Source: Caldivirga maquilingensis IC-167
GTDB taxonomy: Archaea; Thermoproteota; Thermoprotei; Thermoproteales; Thermocladiaceae
DNA: 32,000 nucleotides
Reading direction: 5' to 3'
Assembly (NCBI RefSeq): GCF_000018305.1
Contig: NC_009954.1
Span: 1,020,001 to 1,052,000, forward strand
In this document: piece by piece, positions 1 to 9,220 of the stretch
Position numbering within the stretch: position 1 is the first letter of the stretch
How the letters are laid out: every line of letters begins with the position of its first letter
Translations under genes and position numbers: made by a program
The notes under the pieces: generated by a model
What the model saw: the letters and a program-made list of their open reading frames with translations, nothing else
What the model was told of the DNA's origin: nothing
Databases searched by the model: none

Positions 1-60
1 GTATACAAAATTAAAATATGTAATGTTAATCTTTAATATAGGGGATTCCATGTATTAAGC

Positions 61-747
61 ATGGTTAAGTGGATGAAGCTTACGGTAATTAATGATAATG
101 AACCTAATCCACCATTGCTTAATGATTGGGGATGGAGTATACTTATTGAGACTGATAAATGGGTTCTACTGTATGATGCTGACACTGAACCGGGAATCAT
201 GGAGAATAACATTAATGCCCTGGGTATTGACCTCAGGGGAGTGAATGCCGCATTTCTAAGTCACTATCATGCAGACCACTATGGGGGATTTAGATACATT
301 GGTGAGGTTAAGAGGGGTCTTGTGGTTTATGTGCCTGAGGAGGATAAGATCTTGGCCAAGTGGGGTCTTAGGCCAGTTACAGTTAATTCACCTAGTGGGA
401 TTCTTGAGGATGCGGTAACTACAGGTGTTATGAGGGGTATGGGTGTTAATGAGCATTCCCTAATTGTTAAACTAGATGGCTATGGCCCAGTGATTATTGT
501 GGGTTGTTCTCATCCTGGTATTGATAATATTGTTAAGAGAGTTTATGAAATGTTTAATAGTGTTTATCTAGTGATTGGAGGATTCCATGAACCATTAAGG
601 CATCAACTTAATACTGTCGTGGAGTACTCAAGATACGTATGTCCAGCCCACTGTTCAGGTGATGATGCTAGGAGTTATGTGAAGAACAATTACCCAGAAA
701 AATACTGTGGGATTAAGACTGGAGTTAGGCTTAGGTTACCGATGTAA
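61..747 (+). CDS. Metallo-beta-lactamase-fold protein (COG1237-like)
   Basis: 228-aa ORF with the HxHxDH motif SHYHADHYGG and later CSHPG and GGFH ligand-like motifs. A TATA-like CTTTAATATA at 31-40 lies about 25 nt upstream of the ATG. Confidence 0.8.
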   Translation: MVKWMKLTVINDNEPNPPLLNDWGWSILIETDKWVLLYDADTEPGIMENNINALGIDLRGVNAAFLSHYHADHYGGFRYIGEVKRGLVVYVPEEDKILAKWGLRPVTVNSPSGILEDAVTTGVMRGMGVNEHSLIVKLDGYGPVIIVGCSHPGIDNIVKRVYEMFNSVYLVIGGFHEPLRHQLNTVVEYSRYVCPAHCSGDDARSYVKNNYPEKYCGIKTGVRLRLPM

Positions 748-1008
748 ATACACTTAGAAATATTACTCCAAGTATATAATTTAGGTAGGTTTGAATTAAA
801 AGCATTACCTTAAACCTAGGTTATGCAGTAAGGCTCATTTAATTATTGGTGAAGGTACATGAACTGTATGAGGGAATAACATTTAAGTCCCTAAACTAGG
901 AAATACAATGCAGTGATTAAAGACTAACTGCTGAGGGGTGATGAACTGGCGACAGTATGAGGTAACTTAATGGTGAAAGCTAAATTAAGTTGAGTAAATT
1001 ATCCCAGT

Positions 1009-1392
1009 GTGGGTGTTTTAAGGAGGTTCCTAGTATATGTAACAAAGGACCTAGGTGGTGAGGCTAAGTACGTTGATGCCGTTACGTTCTGTAACCAAGG
1101 TGAATCAGTGATTAGGGTTAAGGTGGTTTACCAGGGGGCGTTCACTAGGACTGGTCTTGAGAAGTACGTTAAGGGCATTAGGCTTATATTTAATGACGGG
1201 GTAATTGTTGGTGAGGGTAATGAATCAACACCCATCCTAAGCCTAAGTAGTGGGCAGTGTATTAAGGGTACATTAATGTATTATATTGATCCTGAAATAA
1301 CCACTCAACTTAACCCTGTTAGGGTTAATTTAATTAAGAAGGGTTTAATGTTCATTGCTGGTTACCAATTTGATGTAGTTACCGTGGATTAA
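1009..1392 (+). CDS. Hypothetical small protein (127 aa, beta-rich, no recognisable motif)
   Basis: GTG-initiated ORF with local codon style. A TATA-like CTAAATTAAG sits about 25 nt upstream. No family was recognised. Confidence 0.45.
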   Translation: MGVLRRFLVYVTKDLGGEAKYVDAVTFCNQGESVIRVKVVYQGAFTRTGLEKYVKGIRLIFNDGVIVGEGNESTPILSLSSGQCIKGTLMYYIDPEITTQLNPVRVNLIKKGLMFIAGYQFDVVTVD

Positions 1393-1438
1393 TTCAAAGT
1401 TAAGTTAAATTAATAAGTCTACTTACGCATTAACCCAT

Positions 1439-2482
1439 ATGCAGTACTTTAAGTTACCTGACAGGATAAGCACTATTGATGAGCTTGAGGATTTATTATC
1501 AACACCGTATCCTGAAACCATAAGTGACTTAAAGGAAGTTGACGGTGATATAATGATACTGGGTGCTGGCGGTAAGATAGGCCCGTCATTAAGCATTATG
1601 GCGGCTAGGGCTGTTAAGGCCAGTGACCTTAGGAGAAGAGTGATTGCGGTTTCCAGGTTCAGTAGAGGTGACTTACCCAGTAGGCTTAAGGAAATGGGTG
1701 TTGAAGTTATAAGTGCTGATTTAAGTAATGAGGATGATGTCGCCAAGCTACCTGACGCTGAGAACATAATATTCATGGTTGGTAGGAAATTCGGGACAAG
1801 TAGTGAACCTGAATTAACCTGGATAACAAACACCTACGTACCCGCACTGGTGGCAAGGAGATTCCCTAAGTCCAGGTTCATAGTTTTCTCAACAGGCAAT
1901 GTTTACCCACTTGTCCCATTACACTCAGGCGGCGCCACTGAGTCAACTAAGACTGGGCCAATTGGTGAATACGCATGGGCGGCGTTAGCCAGGGAGAGGA
2001 TCTTTAACTACTTCTTTAGGATTAATGGTAATAAGGCCGTGATAATTAGGTTGAATTACGCTAATGAGCTTAGGTACGGTGTTCTACTTGACGTGGCCCT
2101 GAGGGTTGCTAAGGGTGAGCCCATTGACTTATCAATGGGTTACGTCAATGTTATTTGGCAGGGTGATGTTAATAACATGATTCTTAGATCCCTTAAACAC
2201 GCTCAAAATCCACCACTAATACTTAACATTACTGGACCAGAAACCGTACCGATTAGATGGGTTGCTGAGGAGTTCGGTAGGTTAATCGGGAGGAAGCCAG
2301 TATTCACTGGTAATGAGTCTGATACCGCCCTTCTCAGTAATGCCTCAAGGGCCTTTGAATTATTCGGTTACCCAAGGGTTACTTTAAGGCATATGATTAA
2401 GTGGATTGCGTATTGGGTTACTGAGGGTAAACCAATATATAACCTACCCACTCACTATGAAGTTAGAACAGGGGAATACTAA
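1439..2482 (+). CDS. NAD(P)-dependent epimerase/dehydratase family protein
   Basis: 347-aa ORF with the N-terminal Rossmann motif ILGAGGKIGPS. Its SDR-extended-like length and layout fit the family. Confidence 0.75.
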   Translation: MQYFKLPDRISTIDELEDLLSTPYPETISDLKEVDGDIMILGAGGKIGPSLSIMAARAVKASDLRRRVIAVSRFSRGDLPSRLKEMGVEVISADLSNEDDVAKLPDAENIIFMVGRKFGTSSEPELTWITNTYVPALVARRFPKSRFIVFSTGNVYPLVPLHSGGATESTKTGPIGEYAWAALARERIFNYFFRINGNKAVIIRLNYANELRYGVLLDVALRVAKGEPIDLSMGYVNVIWQGDVNNMILRSLKHAQNPPLILNITGPETVPIRWVAEEFGRLIGRKPVFTGNESDTALLSNASRAFELFGYPRVTLRHMIKWIAYWVTEGKPIYNLPTHYEVRTGEY

Positions 2483-2545
2483 TCTGATGCAGCATTATAT
2501 ATGTTACCCCCTTAGGAATCCCCTCAGTTAGCGTAGTCAACAAGG

Positions 2546-2554
2546 TTTTTATAC
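2546..2554 (+). promoter_or_regulatory. TATA box for the Cdc48 gene (leaderless)
   Basis: TTTTTATAC is centred about 28 nt upstream of the ATG at 2578. Confidence 0.5.
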
Positions 2555-2577
2555 ACCCTATTAGCAAATAGGTACGT

Positions 2578-5136
2578 ATGGCTAACGGTGAAGATTCATT
2601 AACACTTCGTGTGGCAGAGGCTAGGAGTCGTGATGTTGGTAGAGGTATTGTTAGGGTACCTATGAGATTAATGAGGAAGATAGGTATTGAGCCTGGTGAC
2701 TACGTTGAGATAAGTGGTAATAAGCGTATAGCCTATGCCCAGGTTTGGCCGGCTTACAGTGATGATGAGGATAAGGACATTATAAGGATGGATGGTTTCA
2801 TTAGACAGAACATTGATGTTTCACTGGATGACTTAGTTAAGGTTAGGAAAGCTAACCTAAGGCCGGCGCAAAGAGTAACAGTAGCCCCAGTGGGTGAGGA
2901 GATTAAGATTGATCCAGATTACTTGAAGAAATCATACCTAGTTGGTAAGCCAGTGTGGCGTGGTGCAATATTCGAACTACCCTACTATACTGGTGCATTA
3001 AAATTCATGATAACTCAAGTAATCCCAGCCCCAGCAGCCTACGTTGGCACTGAGACTGAGGTTACGATGCAGGATAAGCCAGTTCAGGAAACTAACCTGC
3101 CTCGTGTTACTTGGGAGGATATTGGTGATTTGGAGGAGGCTAAGCAGAAGATTCGTGAGCTTGTGGAGTTGCCTCTTAAGCATCCTGAGTTGTTTAGGCA
3201 TCTTGGTATTGAGCCCCCTAAGGGTGTTTTACTAATTGGCCCACCCGGTACTGGTAAGACTCTCTTGGCTAAGGCTGTTGCCAATGAGGCTGATGCGTAC
3301 TTCGTCTCCATTAATGGTCCTGAGATTGTTAGTAAGTATTACGGTGAGTCTGAGGCTAGGTTGAGGGAGATTTTCGATGAGGCTAAGCGTAATGCACCAG
3401 CAATAATATTCATTGATGAAATAGACAGCATAGCACCAAAACGCGAGGAGGTGACTGGTGAGGTGGAGAAGCGCATAGTGGCCCAATTACTAACACTAAT
3501 GGATGGTTTACAGGAGAGGGGTCAAGTAGTTGTTATAGGAGCAACGAATAGACCGGATGCAGTGGACCCAGCATTAAGAAGACCAGGAAGATTCGACAGA
3601 GAGATAAACATAGGCATGCCTGATAAGAGGGCTAGGTTAGACATATTATCCATACACACCAGGGGTGTTCCATTATGCACTCCCGACGATGTGTCTAACT
3701 GCAAGGGTGATAATTGCCCATGTAAACGTGGTGATGAGGTTGACTTAGAGAAGATAGCCGATATGACGCATGGCTACACTGGGGCGGATATAGCGGCGTT
3801 GGTTAAGGAGGCTGCAATGACTAGGCTTAGGAAGTTCCTTAACCAGAATGGTAAGGCCATAGACCTAGATAGACCGATACCCACAGACATGTTGAACATG
3901 ATTAAGGTTACTATGCAGGACTTCATGGATGCTATGAAGTACATTCAACCCACAGTATTAAGGGAAGTTATTGTTGAGGTTCCTGAGGTTCACTGGGATG
4001 ACATTGGAGGCTACGCTAGCGTTAAGCAGGAGCTTAGGGAGACTGTTGAATGGCCTATTAAGTATAGGGTTTACTTCGATGAATTAGGCGTTGAACCACC
4101 TAAGGGTATTTTGTTGTTTGGTCCTCCTGGTACTGGTAAGACTCTCTTGGCTAAGGCTGTTGCCAATGAGAGTGGTGCAAACTTCATAGCCGTCCGTGGC
4201 CCTGAAATACTGAGTAAGTGGTTTGGTGAGAGTGAGAAGGCTATTAGGGAAATATTCAAGAAAGCCAGAATGGCAGCACCATGCGTAGTATTCTTCGACG
4301 AAATAGACGCAATAGCACCAGCAAGAGGATACAGGATAGACAGTGGAGCCACTGATAGGATAGTTAATCAGATACTTGCCGAGATGGATGGAATAGCGCC
4401 ACTACGCAACGTAGTTGTGATAGCAGCCACTAATAGACCTGATATCCTTGATCCAGCATTACTAAGACCAGGAAGATTCGACAGAATAATATACGTACCA
4501 CCACCGGATAAGGAGGCTATACTTGAGATCTTTAAGGTGCATACTAGGCATATTAAACTCTCCAGTGAAGTTAATGTGCAGGAATTAGCGGACTCCATTA
4601 GGGTTAAGTCCATTGAGAAGGCTTTAACGCAACTCAATATTAGGGCACATGAGTTTAAGACTAAGGTCACCGATGCTGTTGAATCCGCCTTAACTGAGCT
4701 TGATAGCAGTGATATTAAACAGGGTGATAAGGCTAAGTTAATTGAGGCGTTAAATAATGTGAAGTCAATGCTAAGTAATGGTGAATTCAAGGGCAGTAAG
4801 GGGTTAAGGACAATGATTGATGTTGTTAAGATTCTAGTTGATGTGTTTGAAACAGCAACACTAGGGCAGGTTGACAGTGGGCTTGAATCCCTCAGGGAGT
4901 TTAAACTATACGCCTCCCTATACACTGGAGCTGACATAGCCGCTATTGTTAGGGAGGCATCAATGATGGCTTTAAGGGAGGCAATAACCTCAACGAAGAC
5001 GCCATCTGATGTGGCAGTGACCATGAGGCACTTCCAAATAGCCTTCCAGAGGGTTCAACCATCGCTAAGTGTTGAGGTGCTTAGGAAGTATGATGAAATG
5101 TCCAGGATGCTGAGTAGAGTAATCAGGGGTCTATAA
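2578..5136 (+). CDS. cdc48: Cdc48/VCP-like double AAA+ ATPase (N domain + D1 + D2) with lineage-specific insertions
   Basis: 852 aa. Two Walker A motifs [17 protein letters not shown], Walker B motifs IIFIDEIDS and [27 protein letters not shown] in both modules, and an N-terminal CDC48_N-like beta domain (RGIVRVP...IEPGDYVEI). Confidence 0.95.
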   Translation: MANGEDSLTLRVAEARSRDVGRGIVRVPMRLMRKIGIEPGDYVEISGNKRIAYAQVWPAYSDDEDKDIIRMDGFIRQNIDVSLDDLVKVRKANLRPAQRVTVAPVGEEIKIDPDYLKKSYLVGKPVWRGAIFELPYYTGALKFMITQVIPAPAAYVGTETEVTMQDKPVQETNLPRVTWEDIGDLEEAKQKIRELVELPLKHPELFRHLGIEPPKGVLLIGPPGTGKTLLAKAVANEADAYFVSINGPEIVSKYYGESEARLREIFDEAKRNAPAIIFIDEIDSIAPKREEVTGEVEKRIVAQLLTLMDGLQERGQVVVIGATNRPDAVDPALRRPGRFDREINIGMPDKRARLDILSIHTRGVPLCTPDDVSNCKGDNCPCKRGDEVDLEKIADMTHGYTGADIAALVKEAAMTRLRKFLNQNGKAIDLDRPIPTDMLNMIKVTMQDFMDAMKYIQPTVLREVIVEVPEVHWDDIGGYASVKQELRETVEWPIKYRVYFDELGVEPPKGILLFGPPGTGKTLLAKAVANESGANFIAVRGPEILSKWFGESEKAIREIFKKARMAAPCVVFFDEIDAIAPARGYRIDSGATDRIVNQILAEMDGIAPLRNVVVIAATNRPDILDPALLRPGRFDRIIYVPPPDKEAILEIFKVHTRHIKLSSEVNVQELADSIRVKSIEKALTQLNIRAHEFKTKVTDAVESALTELDSSDIKQGDKAKLIEALNNVKSMLSNGEFKGSKGLRTMIDVVKILVDVFETATLGQVDSGLESLREFKLYASLYTGADIAAIVREASMMALREAITSTKTPSDVAVTMRHFQIAFQRVQPSLSVEVLRKYDEMSRMLSRVIRGL

Positions 5137-5216
5137 TCGCTAGTCTAGTAATGTAAGGTAACTTCCCTCTTATCGTGCTCGCACTGGGTGACTCATTACT
5201 ACATATAGCGTAATGC

Positions 5217-5230
5217 TTTAAAGTAAATAT
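5217..5230 (+). promoter_or_regulatory. TATA box for proC
   Basis: TTTAAAGTAAATAT lies about 27 nt upstream of the GTG at 5247. Confidence 0.45.
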
Positions 5231-6091
5231 ACTATAGGGGCTAGGGGTGGTTTTATTGCCAGGTACGCAATAATAGGTTTAGGTAAAATAGGCACTGCAA
5301 TAGCTAAGGCCTTAATTAAGGTAGGTATTAATCCAAGTGATATTGCTGGTTCAGTTAGGAGTGAGCATGGATTAAGGAGGACTCAAGTCGAGTTACCTGG
5401 TGTTCATGTAACGCTTAGTAATGGGGAGATTGTTAAGGATGCTGAAGTTATAGTACTGGCGGTTAAGCCTAGACAGGTAATTGACGTTATTAATGATGTC
5501 GCCGGGTTACTTAATGAGGATAAGTTAATGATTTCAGTGGTGGCTGGGCTTTCAACTAAGCTACTGGGTAGCCTCACTAAGGCTAGGGTAATTAGGACTA
5601 TGCCCAATATATCAATCCTGGAGGGTTCAGGCGTCACGGCTGTTTCAAGGGGACCTAGGGCTACTGATGCTGATGTTGAGTTCACATGCAGCTTATTTAA
5701 TGCAGTGGGTAAATGCTACATAGTTAATGAAGAGTACTTAAACGCAGTAACAGCGTTAAGCGGCTCCGGACCAGCATACGTGGCTATGATTGTTGAAGCG
5801 CTTTGGGAGGCTGGAATACTGATCGGCTTACCATCAGACCTAGCCTGGAGCCTCTCAATAGATGTAATTGAATCTGGGGCTAAGTTACTGAATTCTAAGA
5901 AGCCTTGGGAGATAATCAGTGATGTTGCTACACCAGGTGGTGTAACCATAAGTGGAATTAAGTTTGCTGAGGAGAGGGGGCTTAAGGGATTATTAATGGG
6001 TATGATTGAGTCAGCATATAGAAGGAGTACTGATGTCCAGAAGACTATTGAGGATACCATAGAGGCTAACTTAAGTAAGCTGAGAAAGTAA
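5222..6091 (+). CDS. proC: Pyrroline-5-carboxylate reductase; the true start is unresolved (open frame from 5222, first in-frame ATG only at 5528)
   Basis: The frame upstream of the tracked ORF reads ...RYAIIGLGKIGTAIAKALIKVG... (Rossmann GxGxxG), continuing into VLAVKPRQV and the C-terminal SGSGPAYV and TPGGVTI motifs typical of ProC. There is no ATG, GTG or TTG in frame between 5222 and 5527. Confidence 0.8.
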   Translation, partial: SKYTIGARGGFIARYAIIGLGKIGTAIAKALIKVGINPSDIAGSVRSEHGLRRTQVELPGVHVTLSNGEIVKDAEVIVLAVKPRQVIDVINDVAGLLNEDKLMISVVAGLSTKLLGSLTKARVIRTMPNISILEGSGVTAVSRGPRATDADVEFTCSLFNAVGKCYIVNEEYLNAVTALSGSGPAYVAMIVEALWEAGILIGLPSDLAWSLSIDVIESGAKLLNSKKPWEIISDVATPGGVTISGIKFAEERGLKGLLMGMIESAYRRSTDVQKTIEDTIEANLSKLRK

Positions 6092-6253
6092 AGGAATTCT
6101 TTACTGATTAGGGAAAAATTTTAAAAGTAGTGATAAGTTATTTCATTACTTAATCAATAAAATAATCCTCACTAGGTTTAATGATTATAAAAGGAATTTG
6201 ACTAAGAAACCACGTGAGCTATGTTTTAAAACTCCCCCTTGCAAACACTTAAT

Positions 6254-6916
6254 ATGCCGTATGACGTACCATATGTACCATCCCCGGAGGTTGTGGTAAG
6301 AAGAATGCTTCAAGTAAGTGGGGTAAGGCCTGGTGAGGTTGTTTATGATCTTGGGTGTGGTGATGGTAGGATAGTTGTAATGGCTGCTAAGGAATTTGGT
6401 GCAAGGGCTGTTTGCGTTGAGATTAGGAATGATCTTTATGAACAAACCCTCAGGAGGATTAAGGAACTTAACCTTGATAATGTTGTTAAGGTTATTCACG
6501 GCAACTTCTTCGAGGTACCTATAGAGGATGCCGACGTGGTAACCATGTACCTCCTAACAAGTGTTAATCAAATGCTTAGACCTAAGCTTGAGAGGGAGCT
6601 AAGGCCTGGGACAAGGGTTGTTAGCCATGATTTCGAGGTACCCGGCTGGAAGCCCATACTTGCTGAGGATGTTTACGAAGAGTGGAGGAGTCATAAAATA
6701 TACCTATTCAAGATACCTGGCGCTGAAATACCAATACCAGCCCAAACCCAGGTAAGTGTACCCAGTGAGTACTCAGATATAGTTAAGTTACTTGATGGGC
6801 GTAGATCAATAGAGGAGATAGCTCAGAAGACTGGCTTAACAATGAGGAGGGTTAGGGAAATAGTTAATGAACTTGAGAAACTGGGGGTAGTTAAGGAGGT
6901 TAAGGTTATTAAGTGA
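6254..6916 (+). CDS. Class I SAM-dependent methyltransferase resembling the crenarchaeal protein-lysine methyltransferase aKMT, fused to a C-terminal winged-helix domain
   Basis: VPYVPSPEVVVRRML, motif I VYDLGCGDGRIV, and GNFFEV...VVTMYLL...LRPGTRVVSHDFEVPGWKP. The C-terminal 50 aa LLDGRRSIEEIAQKTGLTMRRVREIVNELEKLGVV is wHTH-like. The ATG at 6254 is preferred over the TTG at 6239 because TATA TTTTAAAAC lies about 25 nt upstream. Confidence 0.75.
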   Translation: MPYDVPYVPSPEVVVRRMLQVSGVRPGEVVYDLGCGDGRIVVMAAKEFGARAVCVEIRNDLYEQTLRRIKELNLDNVVKVIHGNFFEVPIEDADVVTMYLLTSVNQMLRPKLERELRPGTRVVSHDFEVPGWKPILAEDVYEEWRSHKIYLFKIPGAEIPIPAQTQVSVPSEYSDIVKLLDGRRSIEEIAQKTGLTMRRVREIVNELEKLGVVKEVKVIK

Positions 6917-7041
6917 ATCAGTTAAATTAAACCAAGTGCACTTAAAATTAATAATCCCAATTAAACCCCATTAAGCCCACTCAACGCTTATTGAATCCAG
7001 GGGAGTAAAAGTTAAAACACCCACAATTAGGCATAGTCTTC

Positions 7042-8028
7042 ATGAACCATGAGGAGAGGGTTGCTGATGCAGAGTTAGGTGCTAAGTCAATTAAGGACCT
7101 TATTGAATCCTACAACCTCATTGGTGGTTTCATGGCCAGGAACCTTTACGATGCATCCAGGGTACTTGCCTCAATGTACAGTGATCCTGACGTCACAGTG
7201 ATACTATCATTCACAGCTAACCTAGTCTCCACAGGACTTAGGGGTATTTTAAGAGGTATAATAGAGAGGGGGCTTGCTGATGTAGTCATTACCACGGCGG
7301 GTACGGTGGATCATGACGTGGCTAAGTCACTTGGCGGAGTCTACTTTAAAGGCTCCTTCGACATTGATGACTCAGTACTATTAAGTAAGGGTATTCATAG
7401 GATAGGGAACGTATTCGTTAGGAAGGAGCACTATGGGCCACTTGTTGAGAAGGCTGTTCACTCGACTTTAAGTAAGGTTAATGCAAGTGAGATTGGTGTA
7501 AGGGAGTTGCTGTGGCTTATGGCTGATGAATTAGATGACTCATCAATAATAAAGGCATCTAAGAGGAGTTGCGTACCAATATACATACCTGGGTTTGTTG
7601 ATGGGGCCTTTGGTACAGCAATACTGACTTACAATGAGGTTCAGAGGACTAGGTCAGGGGGTAGGAGGATTAACGTTAATGTACTTAAGGATGAGGAGGA
7701 GATAATGAATATAATTTACTCAAGTAAGAAGCTTGGCGCCGTAATAATAGGTGGGGGTATTAGTAAGCACCACGTCATATGGTGGAGTCAATTCAAGGGT
7801 GGGTTAGATTACGTCGTCTACTTAACCACAGCCACAGAGTGGGATGGATCATTAAGCGGCGCTAGGCCTAAGGAGGCGGTTAGCTGGGGTAAGGTTAAGC
7901 CGGAGGCTAAGTCAGCCTTCGTCCTGGCTGATGCCACAATAACTGTACCAATACTATTCAACTACATAGCCTCAGAGGTGGGTTTCAGGAAGAGGAACAT
8001 GGGTGTTTACCCATGGAATTGCCAATAA
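7042..8028 (+). CDS. dys: Deoxyhypusine synthase
   Basis: 328 aa with IIGGGISKHH, TTAGTVDHD and AVSWGK motifs typical of DHS. The length is also typical. Confidence 0.9.
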   Translation: MNHEERVADAELGAKSIKDLIESYNLIGGFMARNLYDASRVLASMYSDPDVTVILSFTANLVSTGLRGILRGIIERGLADVVITTAGTVDHDVAKSLGGVYFKGSFDIDDSVLLSKGIHRIGNVFVRKEHYGPLVEKAVHSTLSKVNASEIGVRELLWLMADELDDSSIIKASKRSCVPIYIPGFVDGAFGTAILTYNEVQRTRSGGRRINVNVLKDEEEIMNIIYSSKKLGAVIIGGGISKHHVIWWSQFKGGLDYVVYLTTATEWDGSLSGARPKEAVSWGKVKPEAKSAFVLADATITVPILFNYIASEVGFRKRNMGVYPWNCQ

Positions 8029-8993
8029 TAATCACTGCATCCACATTGGCGTCAATACTGGCGGCGTACATTGTGTTGAAGTGTAGATGCGCCCTAGTGC
8101 CTGATGTTCATAAGCCTAATAAGCCCCTCATACCTAAACTAGGTGGATTAGTGGTATTAGCCTACGTTGCCGTCTCCTTCACTTTACTGAGCATTAGTAG
8201 GGACTTAACCAACTCAATGTACTATGTTGTATTCTACACAACACCCATAGTATTAGGCGTAATAGGCATTGTTGATGACTTTACCCATGTTCATGAATTC
8301 CTCAGGGTCGGTGCCTCAGTGCTTTACCCACTTATAATACTACTAGCCATGGGTGGTAAGTTAGGTTACTTGAATTTCCCAATAATAGGCCACTTCTCTA
8401 ACCCAGTGGTGATAATTGTATTAACCATTGCAGTGTACGGTGTATTCTCGAATGCCATAAACATGATGGATGTAGTTAATGGTGTTGTCCCATACTCAAT
8501 GATATTAACATCCATAATCCCCCTAGCCTACTCAATAATGACTAACAACATTACCCTACTTCAAATGACCCTGACACTACTAATACCATCTATAATACTC
8601 TTCGCCTTCAACAAGTACCCAGCCAGGTTATTTAACGGTAATGGAGGCACATACTCAATCGGCGCGCTCGTTGCTGGCTTAATGCTCTACAGTGGCTTGG
8701 GTACATTAATACTCTTAGTAACGGTACCGTACGTAATCAATGGTCTACTCATTGTGGTTAGTTCAAGGGGCATTAAATCAAGGGAGAAGCTTAAACCCTC
8801 AACATACATGAATGACTTCATCATATACCCTAACCTAGATAAGGGATCAACCTTAACGCTGATGAAGATGATAGTCACTGATGAGCCTGGAGATGAGCGT
8901 AAAGTTATAAGGGGCTTCTACATGGTGTTTAATGTGGCCACTGCATTAACAATATTACTCTTCATAGTGCTTTACATAATGGGGTGGGTTTAA
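8013..8993 (+). CDS. Polytopic membrane glycosyltransferase family 4 (MraY/WecA/AglH-like polyprenyl-phosphate sugar-1-P transferase)
   Basis: About 9-10 predicted TM helices. IGIVDDFTHV (DDxxD-like) and NAINMMDVVNG (a variant of NxxNxxDGxDG). It overlaps the DHS stop by 16 nt. Confidence 0.65.
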   Translation: MELPIIITASTLASILAAYIVLKCRCALVPDVHKPNKPLIPKLGGLVVLAYVAVSFTLLSISRDLTNSMYYVVFYTTPIVLGVIGIVDDFTHVHEFLRVGASVLYPLIILLAMGGKLGYLNFPIIGHFSNPVVIIVLTIAVYGVFSNAINMMDVVNGVVPYSMILTSIIPLAYSIMTNNITLLQMTLTLLIPSIILFAFNKYPARLFNGNGGTYSIGALVAGLMLYSGLGTLILLVTVPYVINGLLIVVSSRGIKSREKLKPSTYMNDFIIYPNLDKGSTLTLMKMIVTDEPGDERKVIRGFYMVFNVATALTILLFIVLYIMGWV

Positions 8994-9196
8994 TGGTTAA
9001 GACAGCATTATACTTAACCGTATCATCATGGGCACTGTTACTCATGGGGATTATTGTAATTGGTGTGGTTGCGCACATGTTCGGTAACCCATGGTTACTC
9101 ATAACCGTGGGCCTAATAATAGTTGCAGCTTGGTCAATAGTGGTCTATAGGGTTGCAGAAACCTTAGTGAGGAGGGGTGTTAATAAGGGTCGTTGA
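8984..9196 (+). CDS. Small two-TM membrane protein
   Basis: 70 aa with two hydrophobic helices. An alternative ATG at 8993 forms a TAATG stop/start overlap with the upstream gene, suggesting coupling. Confidence 0.45.
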   Translation: MGLMVKTALYLTVSSWALLLMGIIVIGVVAHMFGNPWLLITVGLIIVAAWSIVVYRVAETLVRRGVNKGR

Positions 9197-9220
9197 TTTT
9201 AATTGAAAGGAAACCTAATT

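Noticed and set aside
938-993. Possible second C/D-box sRNA (GUGAUGA-N12-AUGA...UGGUGA-N13-UUGA)
   Set aside because: Only the C box is canonical. The D', C' and especially D boxes are degenerate (UUGA instead of CUGA) and the spacer lengths are off. The element also overlaps the TATA region of the 1009 ORF.
1423-1833. 136-aa minus-strand ORF overlapping the epimerase gene. Similar shadow ORFs occur at 2998-3704, 4071-4352, 5404-6060, 6185-6499, 9791-10769, 11512-11742, 12361-12669, 15954-16595, 18831-19353, 19906-20424, 21373-21612, 22318-22875, 28368-28754, 30090-30305 and 31141-31770.
   Set aside because: All are antisense or out-of-frame within genes that have clear family motifs. Their translations are Ser/Leu/Pro-rich low-complexity sequences without recognisable domains.
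40-2524. Inverted 10-mer AGGGGATTCC (40-49) and its complement (2515-2524) flanking the first three genes
   Set aside because: The match does not extend beyond 10 nt, which is roughly chance expectation in 32 kb on two strands. There is no mobile-element gene in between.
4591-4905. Cdc48 D2 insertion as an intein
   Set aside because: There is no Cys/Ser/Thr at the N-terminal junction followed by intein blocks, no His-Asn plus nucleophile at the C-terminal junction, and no homing-endonuclease motifs. The composition is helical and coiled-coil-like.
4368-5024. 218-aa ORF antisense to the Cdc48 D2 insertion
   Set aside because: It is a low-complexity Ser/Leu/Thr-rich translation typical of the shadow frame of a strongly codon-biased gene. 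It has no motif and no promoter, and it lies fully inside a confidently called gene.
8859-8881. CUGAUGA-N12-CUGA half C/D motif inside the glycosyltransferase gene
   Set aside because: No second C'/D pair follows downstream, and it lies within a coding region. This is chance-level for a half motif.
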